DNA of 64,000 nt from a bacterium BMS3Bbin08 (lineage in GTDB: Bacteria; Nitrospirota; Thermodesulfovibrionia; UBA6902; BMS3Bbin08): NCBI GenBank assembly GCA_002897775.1, contig BDTR01000032.1, forward strand, positions 5,556-69,555, written 5' to 3'. Position numbers and translations under genes: made by a program. Shown here in pieces: positions 20,233 to 30,652 of this stretch; position 1 is the stretch's first letter; each line of letters begins with the position of its first letter. A model generated the notes under the pieces. That model was not told the origin of the DNA, made no database searches, and saw only the letters and a list, made by a program, of their open reading frames with translations.

Positions 20233-22758
20233 ATGATAGAGCTCGGAACTGCCATTAAAGAAACACTGGACCTCGTAAAAGACGGTATCCTGTTTATAGA
20301 CAGGGAGTTCTCGGTAGTTTTTATTAATAAGGCCGCGGCAAAGCTGTTCGGCAAAAAAGAGCAGGATATTGTAGGACAGAACTGTGCCGCTATATTCCTT
20401 GAATCTTCACGGCCTGATCAAACCACTCCTTCCTTTCAATGTCCCTGCAGCGAGGTTCTGAAGACCGGGAATGCCATTTCCACTTTGTACCGCCTTTTCA
20501 CACCTGGGGCCGCGGAAAAAATTCTCCAGATAACCGCCTCGCCGGTTATTAATGAGAACGGGGAAACTATCCAGGTGCTCGAGATCATAAGGGATGTAAC
20601 GTCAGAGAAAAAGTCTGAGGAAGCGCTTCGTCAAAGCGAAGAAAAATTCAAATCACTCTCAGAAGAATCGCCGAACATGATCTATATAAACAAAAAAGGA
20701 CGAATTGTCTACGTAAATAGAATCTGTGAAGAAATAATGGGTTATACAAAAGAGGAATTTTATTCGGACCAGTTTGATTTTATGTGCCTGATCGCGCCGG
20801 AGTCTAAGGACATTGTAAAAGAGAACTTCAGCAGGCATATGAGAGGCGAAGAAATTACTTCCTATGGGTATAATCTTGTAACAAAAGGCGGCAGTGTATT
20901 AAATGCTATACATAATGCAAAGCTAATTAACTTCGAAGGGGAGAAAGCAATTCTCGGGATAGTAACAGATGTAACCGACCGCAAGCTTGCTGAGGGGAAG
21001 CTAAGAATAGCTATTACAACAGCTGAAGAAGAAAAGCTGAAATCAGAGGCAATTATTGCCAGTGTCGGTGATGCTCTGGGTATTGTTGATACCAACTTTA
21101 AAATTGTATATCAGAACCTGGTAAGCAAGAAAATGTTTGGTGATTTTTTTGGCCAATACTGTTATGAGGCATATCAGGGAAAAGACCAAGTCTGCGAAGG
21201 ATGCCCTGTATTCAAGGCCATGAAAGAGAACAAGATCCAGAGAGTAGAAAGAACCAGGTATACTGACGCCGGGACAATGTTCCTGGAGATCACGGCATCA
21301 CCTATGATAGATTCAGAAGGGAAAATCATAGGGGGTGTTGAAGTTGTCAGGGACATTACCGACCGCAAGAAGACTGAAGAGGATGTTCTTCATTATGGAG
21401 AGCGCCTGAGACTCTTACGAGAGATCGACCATGCCATAATTACTGCTCAGACAACTGATAAGATCGTTCGAGTGGCCCTAAACCATATCAAGGAGCTGGT
21501 GCCATGCATTCGGGCAAGTATTGTTTTGTTTGATTTCCAGACCGATCAGGCGGAACTGCTTGTTCTCTATTCTAAAGGCGAGACCCAGATTAAAGAGGGT
21601 GAAATTATCCAGATGAAAGAGTTCGGCGTCGATGAAAGTCTTCACTTCGGGGAAGTTCATGTTATTGAGGACTTAAAGACCCTTTCTAATCCATCGCGTG
21701 TTGACCGGCAACTGATCAAGGAAGGGGTGCGCTCATGCATAAATGTACCTATTATTCACCTTGATGAACTAATAGGTACTATTAATGTATGCAAAGATGC
21801 TCCTTCTGCCTTTACCTCAGAAGACGTTACAATTGCCAGTGAAGTCGCTGATCTTCTCGCAGTCACTATCCAGAGTAAGCGGGCTGATCAGGAGTTGAGA
21901 GAATCCGAAAAGAAGTACCGAGACCTCGCGGACAATGCCCTTGTAGGAATATATAAAAGTAATCTCAAGGGTGATATTCTTTATGTAAATGATGCGCTCT
22001 TAAAGATGAGTGAGTTTGAATCACTTGAGGAGATAATATCTTCGGGTCAACTGAGATTATACAGAAACCCAAAAGACAGAGAAAATTTTGTTGCAAAGCT
22101 TAAGGCAGACGGCAAAGTTGAAAACTTTGAAACCGAGATGCTTACAAAGACTGGCAAAGTAAAAAGAATACTTAAGACTTCAACACTTCGTGGAGAGATC
22201 ATATCAGGAATGATGATGGATGTTACAGAACTCAGACAGGCTGAGACAGCTGTCAAGGAATCAGAGGTATTTCTCGCTTCGATCCTTGAGGGCATTAAAG
22301 ACGGAGTGGTTGTTTTGGACAGAGAGTTTAAGATACTTTTTACAAACAAAGCTTATATAGAGCAATCCGTCTGTTCGTCCAAAGAAGTAAAAGGCAGATA
22401 TTGTTATGAGGTATCTTATGATCGGAATGAGCCCTGTTATCTTAAAGGTCGGGAGGGCACTGTAAAAAATGTGTTTGACAGCGGAATAAGCAGCAGAGAC
22501 ATCCGGCGAAAAGGCGAGCGATTTATGGAAATGACGGTATATCCGTTGAAGAACTCCGCTGGAGAAGTTACATCTGTTGTAGAGATAAGAAGAGATGTTA
22601 CAAGAAATATCCAGATGGACGAAGAACTAAAGGAAAGGGTTAGAGAGCTGGAGGAGTTCTATGATATGGCTGTCGGCAGAGAACTGAAAATGAAACAGCT
22701 TAAGGAAAATGTAGAAGCATTAAAAGAAGAACTTAAGAAAAACAAAAAAATAAGCTGA
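20233..22758 (+). CDS. Multi-PAS/GAF sensor protein without recognisable output domain
   Basis: About five PAS/PAC repeats (RDVT/TDVT/RDIT ends), a GAF (VRSCINVPI), C-terminal coiled coil GRELKMKQLKE. Confidence 0.85.
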   Translation: MIELGTAIKETLDLVKDGILFIDREFSVVFINKAAAKLFGKKEQDIVGQNCAAIFLESSRPDQTTPSFQCPCSEVLKTGNAISTLYRLFTPGAAEKILQITASPVINENGETIQVLEIIRDVTSEKKSEEALRQSEEKFKSLSEESPNMIYINKKGRIVYVNRICEEIMGYTKEEFYSDQFDFMCLIAPESKDIVKENFSRHMRGEEITSYGYNLVTKGGSVLNAIHNAKLINFEGEKAILGIVTDVTDRKLAEGKLRIAITTAEEEKLKSEAIIASVGDALGIVDTNFKIVYQNLVSKKMFGDFFGQYCYEAYQGKDQVCEGCPVFKAMKENKIQRVERTRYTDAGTMFLEITASPMIDSEGKIIGGVEVVRDITDRKKTEEDVLHYGERLRLLREIDHAIITAQTTDKIVRVALNHIKELVPCIRASIVLFDFQTDQAELLVLYSKGETQIKEGEIIQMKEFGVDESLHFGEVHVIEDLKTLSNPSRVDRQLIKEGVRSCINVPIIHLDELIGTINVCKDAPSAFTSEDVTIASEVADLLAVTIQSKRADQELRESEKKYRDLADNALVGIYKSNLKGDILYVNDALLKMSEFESLEEIISSGQLRLYRNPKDRENFVAKLKADGKVENFETEMLTKTGKVKRILKTSTLRGEIISGMMMDVTELRQAETAVKESEVFLASILEGIKDGVVVLDREFKILFTNKAYIEQSVCSSKEVKGRYCYEVSYDRNEPCYLKGREGTVKNVFDSGISSRDIRRKGERFMEMTVYPLKNSAGEVTSVVEIRRDVTRNIQMDEELKERVRELEEFYDMAVGRELKMKQLKENVEALKEELKKNKKIS

Positions 22759-22825
22759 TGTGTAAGTTGAATCATTAATTGGCGGCCTTCCTGAATTGTG
22801 CGGGTAGAGTGGCCCGGATACTACT

Positions 22826-23893
22826 TTGAGGGAGAATAACGGGAAAAGCATAGGTGTTGTTTTACTGAACCTCGGCGGACCGGATTCTTTAAGTTCCGTG
22901 CGTCCCTTCCTGTATAATCTGTTTTCTGACAGGGGCATTATCAGGCTCGGTCCTTCCTTTCTGCAGAAATCCATTGCATGGCTGATATCAGGGTACCGTT
23001 CGAAAAAATCAGAAGAAATGTACAGCCTGATAGGAGGCAAATCTCCAATATTTGAGATTACAACGGCCCAGGCTGAAGCGCTTGAGAAAGCACTAAATAC
23101 AGAAGTTGAGAAGATAGGAAGTTTGGAAGATAAGATATCCTCAACATCTCAGCCTCTCAATTTCTTAACTTCCTCTTTCAAGGTGTATGTGGGTATGCGC
23201 TACTGGTATCCATATATAAGCGACACAGTTGATAAGATTCGTAGTGATGGTATTGAACAAGTGGTTGTGTTAAGCCTTTACCCCCACTATTCAAAGGCAA
23301 CGACAGGTTCTTCAGTTGCCGAGTTTAAACGCGTGATTTCACGATTCACGATTCCCTCCAAACAGCCGGCGGGCAGGCACGATTCACGATTCACGGTCAA
23401 ATATATTGATCAGTGGTATGATTTTCCCCTGTATATTGACGCGCTTTCAGATCGTATTGCAGAGGGGATGTCAAAATTCAAAGGAAAGACTTTTGATATT
23501 CTATACAGCGCGCACAGTCTTCCTGAAAGCTTCATCAAACAGGGAGACCCGTACCTCGATCATATCAAATCAACCATAAAGGCAGTTAACCCGTCAATCG
23601 GCAAGTGGCATCTTTCTTTCCAGAGCAGGAGCGGGCCGGTCAAATGGTTACAGCCTGACACGGAAGAGACTATAATCAGGCTTGCAAAGGGCGGCGTCAA
23701 GAATTTACTGGTAGTGCCGATAAGTTTTGTATCTGACCATATAGAAACCCTCTATGAAATAGATATTTACTATAAAAAGATCGCAAAGAGTTATGGTATA
23801 AATTTAAAGAGATGTGAATCATTAAATTTATCCGAAAAATTCATAAACGCTCTTAAAGAGTTGGTACTGGAAAAACTAAAGGAGTCGGAATGA
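22826..23893 (+). CDS. hemH: Ferrochelatase (with two repeat-derived in-frame insertions)
   Basis: LLNLGGP, GMRYWYP, LYPHYS, SAHSLP, FQSR.GP..WL.P, FVSDHIETL. Confidence 0.96.
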   Translation: MRENNGKSIGVVLLNLGGPDSLSSVRPFLYNLFSDRGIIRLGPSFLQKSIAWLISGYRSKKSEEMYSLIGGKSPIFEITTAQAEALEKALNTEVEKIGSLEDKISSTSQPLNFLTSSFKVYVGMRYWYPYISDTVDKIRSDGIEQVVVLSLYPHYSKATTGSSVAEFKRVISRFTIPSKQPAGRHDSRFTVKYIDQWYDFPLYIDALSDRIAEGMSKFKGKTFDILYSAHSLPESFIKQGDPYLDHIKSTIKAVNPSIGKWHLSFQSRSGPVKWLQPDTEETIIRLAKGGVKNLLVVPISFVSDHIETLYEIDIYYKKIAKSYGINLKRCESLNLSEKFINALKELVLEKLKESE

Positions 23894-23980
23894 TCCCCGT
23901 TAGATTCTGCACCCGCAGTTTTGTTGCAACAAAAACTGGACGCGGGTGTAACAAAAAGCATCTGGACAACGGGGCAGGCG
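23894..23980. repeat. Composite palindromic intergenic element (CCCCGTTAGA...ACGGGG with nested hairpin)
   Basis: ccccgttagattct; cacccgcagttttgttgcaacaaaaactggacgcgggtg; acaacggggc. Confidence 0.7.
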
Positions 23981-23993
23981 GAAAGAGGAAAAC

Positions 23994-25370
23994 ATGAAGA
24001 AGGTTGTAGTTGTTGGCGGCGGCATATCCGGTCTGACCGTTGCTTACGCGCTTCTTGGCCGCGGGGATCTTGAAATTTCAGTTCTGGAGTCAGACTCAAG
24101 GCCCGGCGGCAAGATCTGGAGTGACAGAACAGAAGGATTCCTTTGTGAAAAGGGTACTAACGGCTTTCTTGATAATAAGCCGGGAACCCTTGAATTATGT
24201 AAAAGTCTGAGCCTGGAGCCCGTCCGGAGCAATGAGAACGCCAGGAAACGGTTTATTTATTCCAATAAAAGACTTAATGAAATGTCCGGCTCTCCAATGG
24301 CATTTTTAAGATCAGGACTTCTCTCGTGGCGCGGAAAACTAAGAATGTTATACGAGCTTTTTGCCCCGCAGGGGCCGGAGGATGAGACAGTAGCTGATTT
24401 TGTAATACGCCGTCTTGGAAAAGAGGGGCTTGATAAGCTTATTGACCCTATGTGTTCGGGCGTGTACGCCGGGGATCCCTACAGGATGAGTATTAAGAGC
24501 TGTTTCCCCAGGATAAAGGAGCTTGAGCAGCAGTACGGCAGTCTTATAAAGGCACTGATCAAGATACAGAGAACAAGAAAAAAAACAGGCGGACCAAAAG
24601 CGGGTCCGGCTATGGGCGGCAATCTTACCTCTTTTTACAACGGAGCTGACGCTATTACGAACGCGCTGGCGGAAAGACTGGGAGAACGGCTCAAACTCGG
24701 TGTCTCTGTACAGGGTATTGCCCGTCTCGGCGGGGAAAAGGGGAATTCGTATCAGCTTCACACCTCTGAAGGTATAGTCGATGCGGACATAGTGGTACTC
24801 GCGTTACCGGCTTACGCGACATCCGGTATACTGAAAGATTTTGATGCACGGCTTTCCAAAGCCCTGCTTGAGATCCCGTATCCGCCGGTATCGATCGTTT
24901 GTTTTGGATATAAAAAAGAAAAAGTCCAGCATTCTTTGAAGGGGTTCGGGTTCCTGGTCCCGCGCAGGGAAGGACTGAAGGTGCTTGGTACACTCTGGGA
25001 TTCAAGTATATTTCCTAACAGGGCCCCGGAAGGACATGTGCTCTTAAGAAGTATGGTGGGCGGAGCGCAGTCACCTGACTCTGCAATGCTGGATGATAAT
25101 AAACTGGTAAGCACTGTATTTGATGAGCTGAGGCCGATAGTTTCTTTAAAGGCAGAACCTGATATGGTGAGGATCTACAGGTGGGAGAGGGCGATCCCTC
25201 AGTATCTGATCGGTCACGACGAGAAATTGAAACTTATGGATGAGCGTCTCAGATCTCATCAGGGTTTATATATTACAGGCAACGCGTACAGGGGTGTGAG
25301 TATGAGCGATTGTATCGTAAACGGTTATAAGATCGCTGATGCAATTTTGTCAAAGATCCAGGATCATTAA
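23994..25370 (+). CDS. hemG: Coproporphyrinogen/protoporphyrinogen oxidase (HemY type)
   Basis: GGGISGL FAD motif, GVYAGD, GFGFLVP, W..AIPQY. Confidence 0.93.
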   Translation: MKKVVVVGGGISGLTVAYALLGRGDLEISVLESDSRPGGKIWSDRTEGFLCEKGTNGFLDNKPGTLELCKSLSLEPVRSNENARKRFIYSNKRLNEMSGSPMAFLRSGLLSWRGKLRMLYELFAPQGPEDETVADFVIRRLGKEGLDKLIDPMCSGVYAGDPYRMSIKSCFPRIKELEQQYGSLIKALIKIQRTRKKTGGPKAGPAMGGNLTSFYNGADAITNALAERLGERLKLGVSVQGIARLGGEKGNSYQLHTSEGIVDADIVVLALPAYATSGILKDFDARLSKALLEIPYPPVSIVCFGYKKEKVQHSLKGFGFLVPRREGLKVLGTLWDSSIFPNRAPEGHVLLRSMVGGAQSPDSAMLDDNKLVSTVFDELRPIVSLKAEPDMVRIYRWERAIPQYLIGHDEKLKLMDERLRSHQGLYITGNAYRGVSMSDCIVNGYKIADAILSKIQDH

Positions 25371-25944
25371 CCCCTCTTTTCCCCTGTCATTATTCACTGC
25401 ATTTCTATAATATTATTTAATGTGTAATGTTAGGAAATCTAGCCTAACCATTTATTAATAAAAGATAAACACAGTTAGAAGAACTTCGCCCTTCTAAACT
25501 TGCCTGACCTGTTTGCATATCTACACCATGTAAACCCGCCATACAACAAGGCGGGTAAACCAGCAGGCAGGCGGCAGACAGGAAGCGGGGCTTTCTAACG
25601 GGGCAAATATTCCTCACTTTTCTGACCATATGAAATCCTCTGTCGACAAACCAAAAACCCGTTATTATCGCAAAGTGTAACATTTGTATTGTGCCGAAGA
25701 GTTCCGCTTCAGTTCTCTTGATATCGTTCCTTATGTTTCGACCTGGCGCCCTGGCGATCTCTACAACCCCCTTCGCCCTCCCAGTGCATTTTTGCTATTA
25801 CTTCCCGTTCGTTCATGTTAATATGATTATATCGTTTTTCCATAAACACTCAGGATAGCATCTCCCTTTCTGCTCTCCCAGGTGTTGCACTTCATTATTG
25901 AACTGGCGAAAAATATATAATTAAAATCGTTTTAAGAAATTTCA

Positions 25945-27309
25945 ATGCAGGAAGTTCATAACATAGATCTAGGCGCTGTACTTCCAATATGGAGCTTGCT
26001 GCCTTTTATCGGCATGCTGCTTTCCATTGCCCTGTTTCCTCTTTTTGCTCCAAAGTTCTGGCATGATCATTTTGACAAGGTCTCGGTCTTTTGGGCGCTT
26101 GTCATAATCGTTCCGTTTTTATTTGTGTATAAATGGCTTGCTGTCCATGAGTTTCTTTATGTAGTTCTTGCTGACTATATCCCTTTTATCATACTTCTGG
26201 CTTCCCTCTATACGGTCTCAGGCGGGATTCTGCTCAAGGGCACGCCGCTTGGCACGCCTTTGGTCAATACATGCATGCTTGCAATAGGGACTGTTATTGC
26301 TTCCTGGATGGGGACCACGGGTGCCTCAATGCTGCTTATACGTCCATTCCTCAGGGCAAACAGACATAGAGAGAAAAGGACGTTCATGGTTGTTTTTTTT
26401 ATTTTCCTGATCGCAAATGTCGGGGGCTCACTTACTCCATTGGGAGATCCCCCTCTTTTTCTTGGTTTCCTCCGCGGGGTTCCGTTTTTCTGGACCTTTA
26501 ACCTTTTTCCACAAATGGCTATGGCTGCAATAATCCTGCTGGCGCTATATTTTGTTTTTGACCTGTATTTTTACAGGAAAGAGGGAGTTAAAAAACAAAA
26601 CAATGAGGAGAGCAGGGAACCGCTGAAAATAGAGGGCGGGCATAATATCTTTTTTTTGCTGGCGATAATGGGTGCTGTTTTGATGAGCGGCATGGTTAAA
26701 ATGGGTGAAGTAAGTATTTTGGGTGTTCACCTGACGTTTCAGGATATGTTAAGAGACGCTGTGCTTATTTTTATAGTGATCTTATCCATGGCTACAACAA
26801 GGAGAGAAGTGCGTGAAGACAACGGGTTTACATGGTTTCCAATGAAAGAGGTGGCAATACTTTTTGCCGGTATATTTTTGACCATGGTTCCCTGCCTGAA
26901 GATGCTGCAGGCAGGCACAAAAGGCGAACTTTCTTTCCTGGTTGAAAACATGCAGGAGCCTGTCCATTATTTCTGGATTACCGGATCATTATCCGCTTTT
27001 CTTGATAATGCCCCCACGTACCTTACATTTTTAAGTACACTCCTTGGGAAATTTTATCCCGGAGTTGAGGGACAGGAGGCAGTGCTGCTTCTGATCAGGG
27101 AGAATGGAATTTACCTTAAGGCAATATCAGTTTCAGCGGTGTTCTTCGGAGCAAGTACGTATATAGGTAATGCCCCGAACTTTATGGTTCGCTCCATTGC
27201 TGAGGAGACAGGCACCGAGATGCCGAGTTTTTTCGGTTATCAATTGAAATATTCTTTACCTATACTAATTCCTGTTTTCGCACTAATTGCCTGGCTATTC
27301 TATTTATAA
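25945..27309 (+). CDS. IT-superfamily permease (putative Na+/H+ antiporter or citrate/anion transporter)
   Basis: Multi-TM; GTTGASMLL, ANVGGSLTPLGDPPL, LDNAPTY, YIGNAPNFMV. Confidence 0.85.
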   Translation: MQEVHNIDLGAVLPIWSLLPFIGMLLSIALFPLFAPKFWHDHFDKVSVFWALVIIVPFLFVYKWLAVHEFLYVVLADYIPFIILLASLYTVSGGILLKGTPLGTPLVNTCMLAIGTVIASWMGTTGASMLLIRPFLRANRHREKRTFMVVFFIFLIANVGGSLTPLGDPPLFLGFLRGVPFFWTFNLFPQMAMAAIILLALYFVFDLYFYRKEGVKKQNNEESREPLKIEGGHNIFFLLAIMGAVLMSGMVKMGEVSILGVHLTFQDMLRDAVLIFIVILSMATTRREVREDNGFTWFPMKEVAILFAGIFLTMVPCLKMLQAGTKGELSFLVENMQEPVHYFWITGSLSAFLDNAPTYLTFLSTLLGKFYPGVEGQEAVLLLIRENGIYLKAISVSAVFFGASTYIGNAPNFMVRSIAEETGTEMPSFFGYQLKYSLPILIPVFALIAWLFYL

Positions 27310-27368
27310 TAAGAAATGTCAGGTATGCGGATAAAAAAAATAAAACATAAATTTAAACGGAGAATATT

Positions 27369-28250
27369 ATGCCAGTAGAAAAAATACTTTTCCCAACAAA
27401 ATTCAGAGAGCTTTCTTTTGATTCTCTTGAGACACTATTAGTGCTTAAAAAAGCGGGTCTCAGGGAAGTTATCCTGTTGCATGTTATATCAAGAGAAGAG
27501 GTCGGTTTTGTGCCTTTCGGCGGCTATTTAAAGAAGGAAGAGGAAAAGAGAAGACAGGAGGCAACGATAAGGTTTGAAGACTGGCAGAAAACTCTTTCAG
27601 AAAATGGTATAGACGCACATATTAAAATAGTTGTCGGAGAACCTGTTTATGAGATCCTGAAAAACGCAGAAAATGAAAGGGTTGATCTGATAGTTGTGGG
27701 CAGGAAGAAAAGAATAGAGGGGGGGGCTTTTGTGGGTTCTTATACGCATAAGATTATAACCCGCAGCAAGGTCCCCACGCTCGTAAGTAAATATATGGTT
27801 CAGTTCCAGTGGGACGATGCAATGCTGACAAAAACAAATGACAGACTTTTCGAGGTTCCTTTGGTGACTGTTGACTGGACAGAGAGGACGCAGAGGTTGC
27901 TGGGGTTTCTTATGTCATTGAAGGGGATCGTGCGAAAGGCTTTTATCTTTTACAATTTTACTGTTGACAGTTCAAAAGATAAGACAGAGGTTGCACGCGT
28001 TAAGGCGGAAAGTTCCGCCAGGCTTGAGAAGTACTGTGAAAAACTCAGGTCGTCAGGTATTGAGGCGGAAGCGCACCTTGGCTCCGGAGGAATGCTCGAT
28101 GAAATGATTCGTGTTTCACGTGAGAGAAAAGCAAGTATGATAATGATCGGGAACACGTCAGAAGAGCGGTTTTTAAAAAATATGTTAGATAGAAGTCTTT
28201 CTTATCAGGTAGCAAAGCTGTCCGAGCTGCCTACCTTACTTGTGCCTTAG
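27369..28250 (+). CDS. Tandem universal stress protein
   Basis: KILFPT, DLIVVG...GS, two USP-like halves. Confidence 0.85.
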   Translation: MPVEKILFPTKFRELSFDSLETLLVLKKAGLREVILLHVISREEVGFVPFGGYLKKEEEKRRQEATIRFEDWQKTLSENGIDAHIKIVVGEPVYEILKNAENERVDLIVVGRKKRIEGGAFVGSYTHKIITRSKVPTLVSKYMVQFQWDDAMLTKTNDRLFEVPLVTVDWTERTQRLLGFLMSLKGIVRKAFIFYNFTVDSSKDKTEVARVKAESSARLEKYCEKLRSSGIEAEAHLGSGGMLDEMIRVSRERKASMIMIGNTSEERFLKNMLDRSLSYQVAKLSELPTLLVP

Positions 28251-28616
28251 CTCCCTCTCCGCCTTTCTGACGGACTGTTTAAGGTCATTGACCTTAAATG
28301 GTTTTGTGATAAAATCAAAAGCGCCCTTATTAATGGCCTCTTTTGCTATTGACTTTCTTCCGTATCCGGTAATAATGATCACCTTGACACTCGGGTTTTT
28401 CCCCCTGGCGATCTTTAACAGCTTCAGCCCGTCAACACCTTCCATCTTCAGGTCAGTAATGATAATGTCAAAAGTTTTTTTATCAAGCTCCATGATCGCG
28501 GACGCGCTTCTGGTAAAGGCCTCGACCTCGTATCCCTCTTTTTTAAACAGCCGTTTAAGTCTTTTCCCGACGATCGGCTCGTCATCCACGACCATAAGGT
28601 TTAATTTATTTTCCAC
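28236..28616 (-). CDS. Stand-alone response regulator receiver
   Basis: VVDDE, ITDLKM, ITG, FITKPF. Confidence 0.92.
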   Translation of the reverse strand: MENKLNLMVVDDEPIVGKRLKRLFKKEGYEVEAFTRSASAIMELDKKTFDIIITDLKMEGVDGLKLLKIARGKNPSVKVIIITGYGRKSIAKEAINKGAFDFITKPFKVNDLKQSVRKAERELRHK

Positions 28617-30385
28617 TATCCTGTTTTTCCCTGTTCCATGTTAGGTACTTCACCTGACGCTGCGGTCCGGCCTCTCTCGCCGTAAAGCGGAAATTTTACC
28701 GTGAAGGTTGTGCCAATTCCTTCCTCGCTTTCGACTTCTATTTCCCCACCATGCTCCTTTATGAGGCTCTGGCTGACCGACAATCCGAGGCCAGTGCCCT
28801 GGCCAACAGGCTTTGTGGTAAAAAAGGGTTCAAATATGTCCTTCAGTTTGTCAGGAGAGATACCTGGCCCTGTGTCGCAGATGTTTATATGCACATTTTT
28901 ATTTTCCTCGTCTGCCTCGATGCTTACGGTCAGAGTGCCTCTGTCTTTCATTGCCTGTATGGCGTTAATAAATATGTTAACAAAGACCTGTTCCAGCTTG
29001 CTGAGATTACCCCTTACAAAAATTTCCTTTTCAGGGACATCAAGGTGCAGATTTATATTGTTGACCCTTAGCTGGTTGGCTATAAGATTTACCGATCCTT
29101 TTACAATACCTGCTATGTCCTGTTTCTCCATGACCGTAGAACGCCTTGCCCTGGCAAAGTCAAGCAGGTCTTCCACAATGTGGTGGGCACGCTCACTCTG
29201 GGAGAATATATCCTGTACATAGCCTTTTAGCTCATCAGGGTCAAGTTCCTCCAGGTCTTCCAGCATTGTCTCGGCGGTTAAAGAAATATTATTTAAAGGA
29301 TTGTTTAATTCATGAGCAACCCCGGATACAAGGAGTCCTATTGAGGCGCGTTTTTCCGACTCAACAAGTTGAGCCTGTTTTTCACGCAGAAGTTCCAGGC
29401 TTTTTTCCAGCGACTCATGGGTCAGTTGAAGATGATCCAGCATTGTATTGAAAGAGACGGCAAGGGAGAAGGTTTCATCATGTTCTTTGAGAGGCGCCCT
29501 GAGAGTTATATCACCCTCTGAGATTCTCTTTGTGATCTCAGAGAGCCTTTTTATAGGAGTGACAATATAGGTGGCGGTTTTATAGACAAACAGTGGACCT
29601 AATGTGCAAAGCAGGGCGAGTGCTATGAGAAGATGCCGTTTTGTAAGCTTTACAAATGAACTGATCTTTTCTCTTTCACGGATAGCTATTTCTTTTGTGT
29701 TCTTTTCAAATTTATCGCCTATGATCTGTATATCGTCTTCCATCGAGCTGTTTTGACTGTAAATCTTAAAAAGGTCCTTCATGGTCTGAATGTAAGGAGA
29801 GCATTCGTTACAGAAGGGGATTATGGATGTTAATTGAGAGAGCCCGCTGTTGAGTTCAAGGAAGGATTTTTTGTCATGAAACAGCATATAATTTTTTTCC
29901 AGAAGCCTGAGATGCAGAATAAAGCTTGTTGTGAGTTCTTTGGCATGACCGCCTTTTGACACAAATGTTTCCAGTTTTCTTCCCTCAGCCCTTACTTTTT
30001 CAGTAAACTCTCTTGCCACAAGGTACTTGTCATAAAGACTGTCAATAAGATCCGAATATTTGCCGATAGAATTCTGGAACTCCAGGAAATCTGTTTTGCC
30101 TATTTCTTTAGTGGTTTTCGGACTTATGGATGTTGCTGAATCAGACAGGTTGGAAATTGCATTGTGAAGGTTTTTGAGAGATTCTTCATTTTTATAATAA
30201 AGAAAATTTCTTTCGTTTCGCCGGACTTCAAGTACAAGTTCTTTAAGGTCATCGCCTATTTGAACATAGCCCTGCCTGTTTTCGACGTCAGTTATATATT
30301 TGTAAGTAAGGACGTTGCCTAAAATCGCAATGCAGGAAGGTATTGCAATGCCGATAATCATTTTATGCCAGATTTTCAGTTTCAT
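28616..30385 (-). CDS. Membrane sensor histidine kinase (HAMP-HisKA-HATPase)
   Basis: Two TM helices, AHELNNPL, NAIQA, DTGPG, FFTTK, GTGLGL. Confidence 0.95.
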   Translation of the reverse strand: MKLKIWHKMIIGIAIPSCIAILGNVLTYKYITDVENRQGYVQIGDDLKELVLEVRRNERNFLYYKNEESLKNLHNAISNLSDSATSISPKTTKEIGKTDFLEFQNSIGKYSDLIDSLYDKYLVAREFTEKVRAEGRKLETFVSKGGHAKELTTSFILHLRLLEKNYMLFHDKKSFLELNSGLSQLTSIIPFCNECSPYIQTMKDLFKIYSQNSSMEDDIQIIGDKFEKNTKEIAIREREKISSFVKLTKRHLLIALALLCTLGPLFVYKTATYIVTPIKRLSEITKRISEGDITLRAPLKEHDETFSLAVSFNTMLDHLQLTHESLEKSLELLREKQAQLVESEKRASIGLLVSGVAHELNNPLNNISLTAETMLEDLEELDPDELKGYVQDIFSQSERAHHIVEDLLDFARARRSTVMEKQDIAGIVKGSVNLIANQLRVNNINLHLDVPEKEIFVRGNLSKLEQVFVNIFINAIQAMKDRGTLTVSIEADEENKNVHINICDTGPGISPDKLKDIFEPFFTTKPVGQGTGLGLSVSQSLIKEHGGEIEVESEEGIGTTFTVKFPLYGERGRTAASGEVPNMEQGKTG

Positions 30386-30652
30386 CGATGCTTTTAACTA
30401 GGCGATTATAAATTAATAATGCGGGATAGATAAAACATGTCACGTACTAAGATACAATATTTGCGGAAATTTAATCAAAATGATGCATTTTGAAACTGTT
30501 TTGTCAGAGTTTTGAGTTATTATAATTTTATCTTACATCCTTATAAAAAAAACAAAACGTTATCTGATTGACATAGGGCTTGTGATTTTTCTAATATTGT
30601 GATTAGCCTGAATACAGTCTGTTCTGTTGATGTCTGATAAAGGAGGAGCGAG

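Noticed and set aside
25444..25790. Minus-strand ORF or degenerate small gene between hemG and the permease
   Set aside because: Runs through repeat elements; no convincing start or family motif
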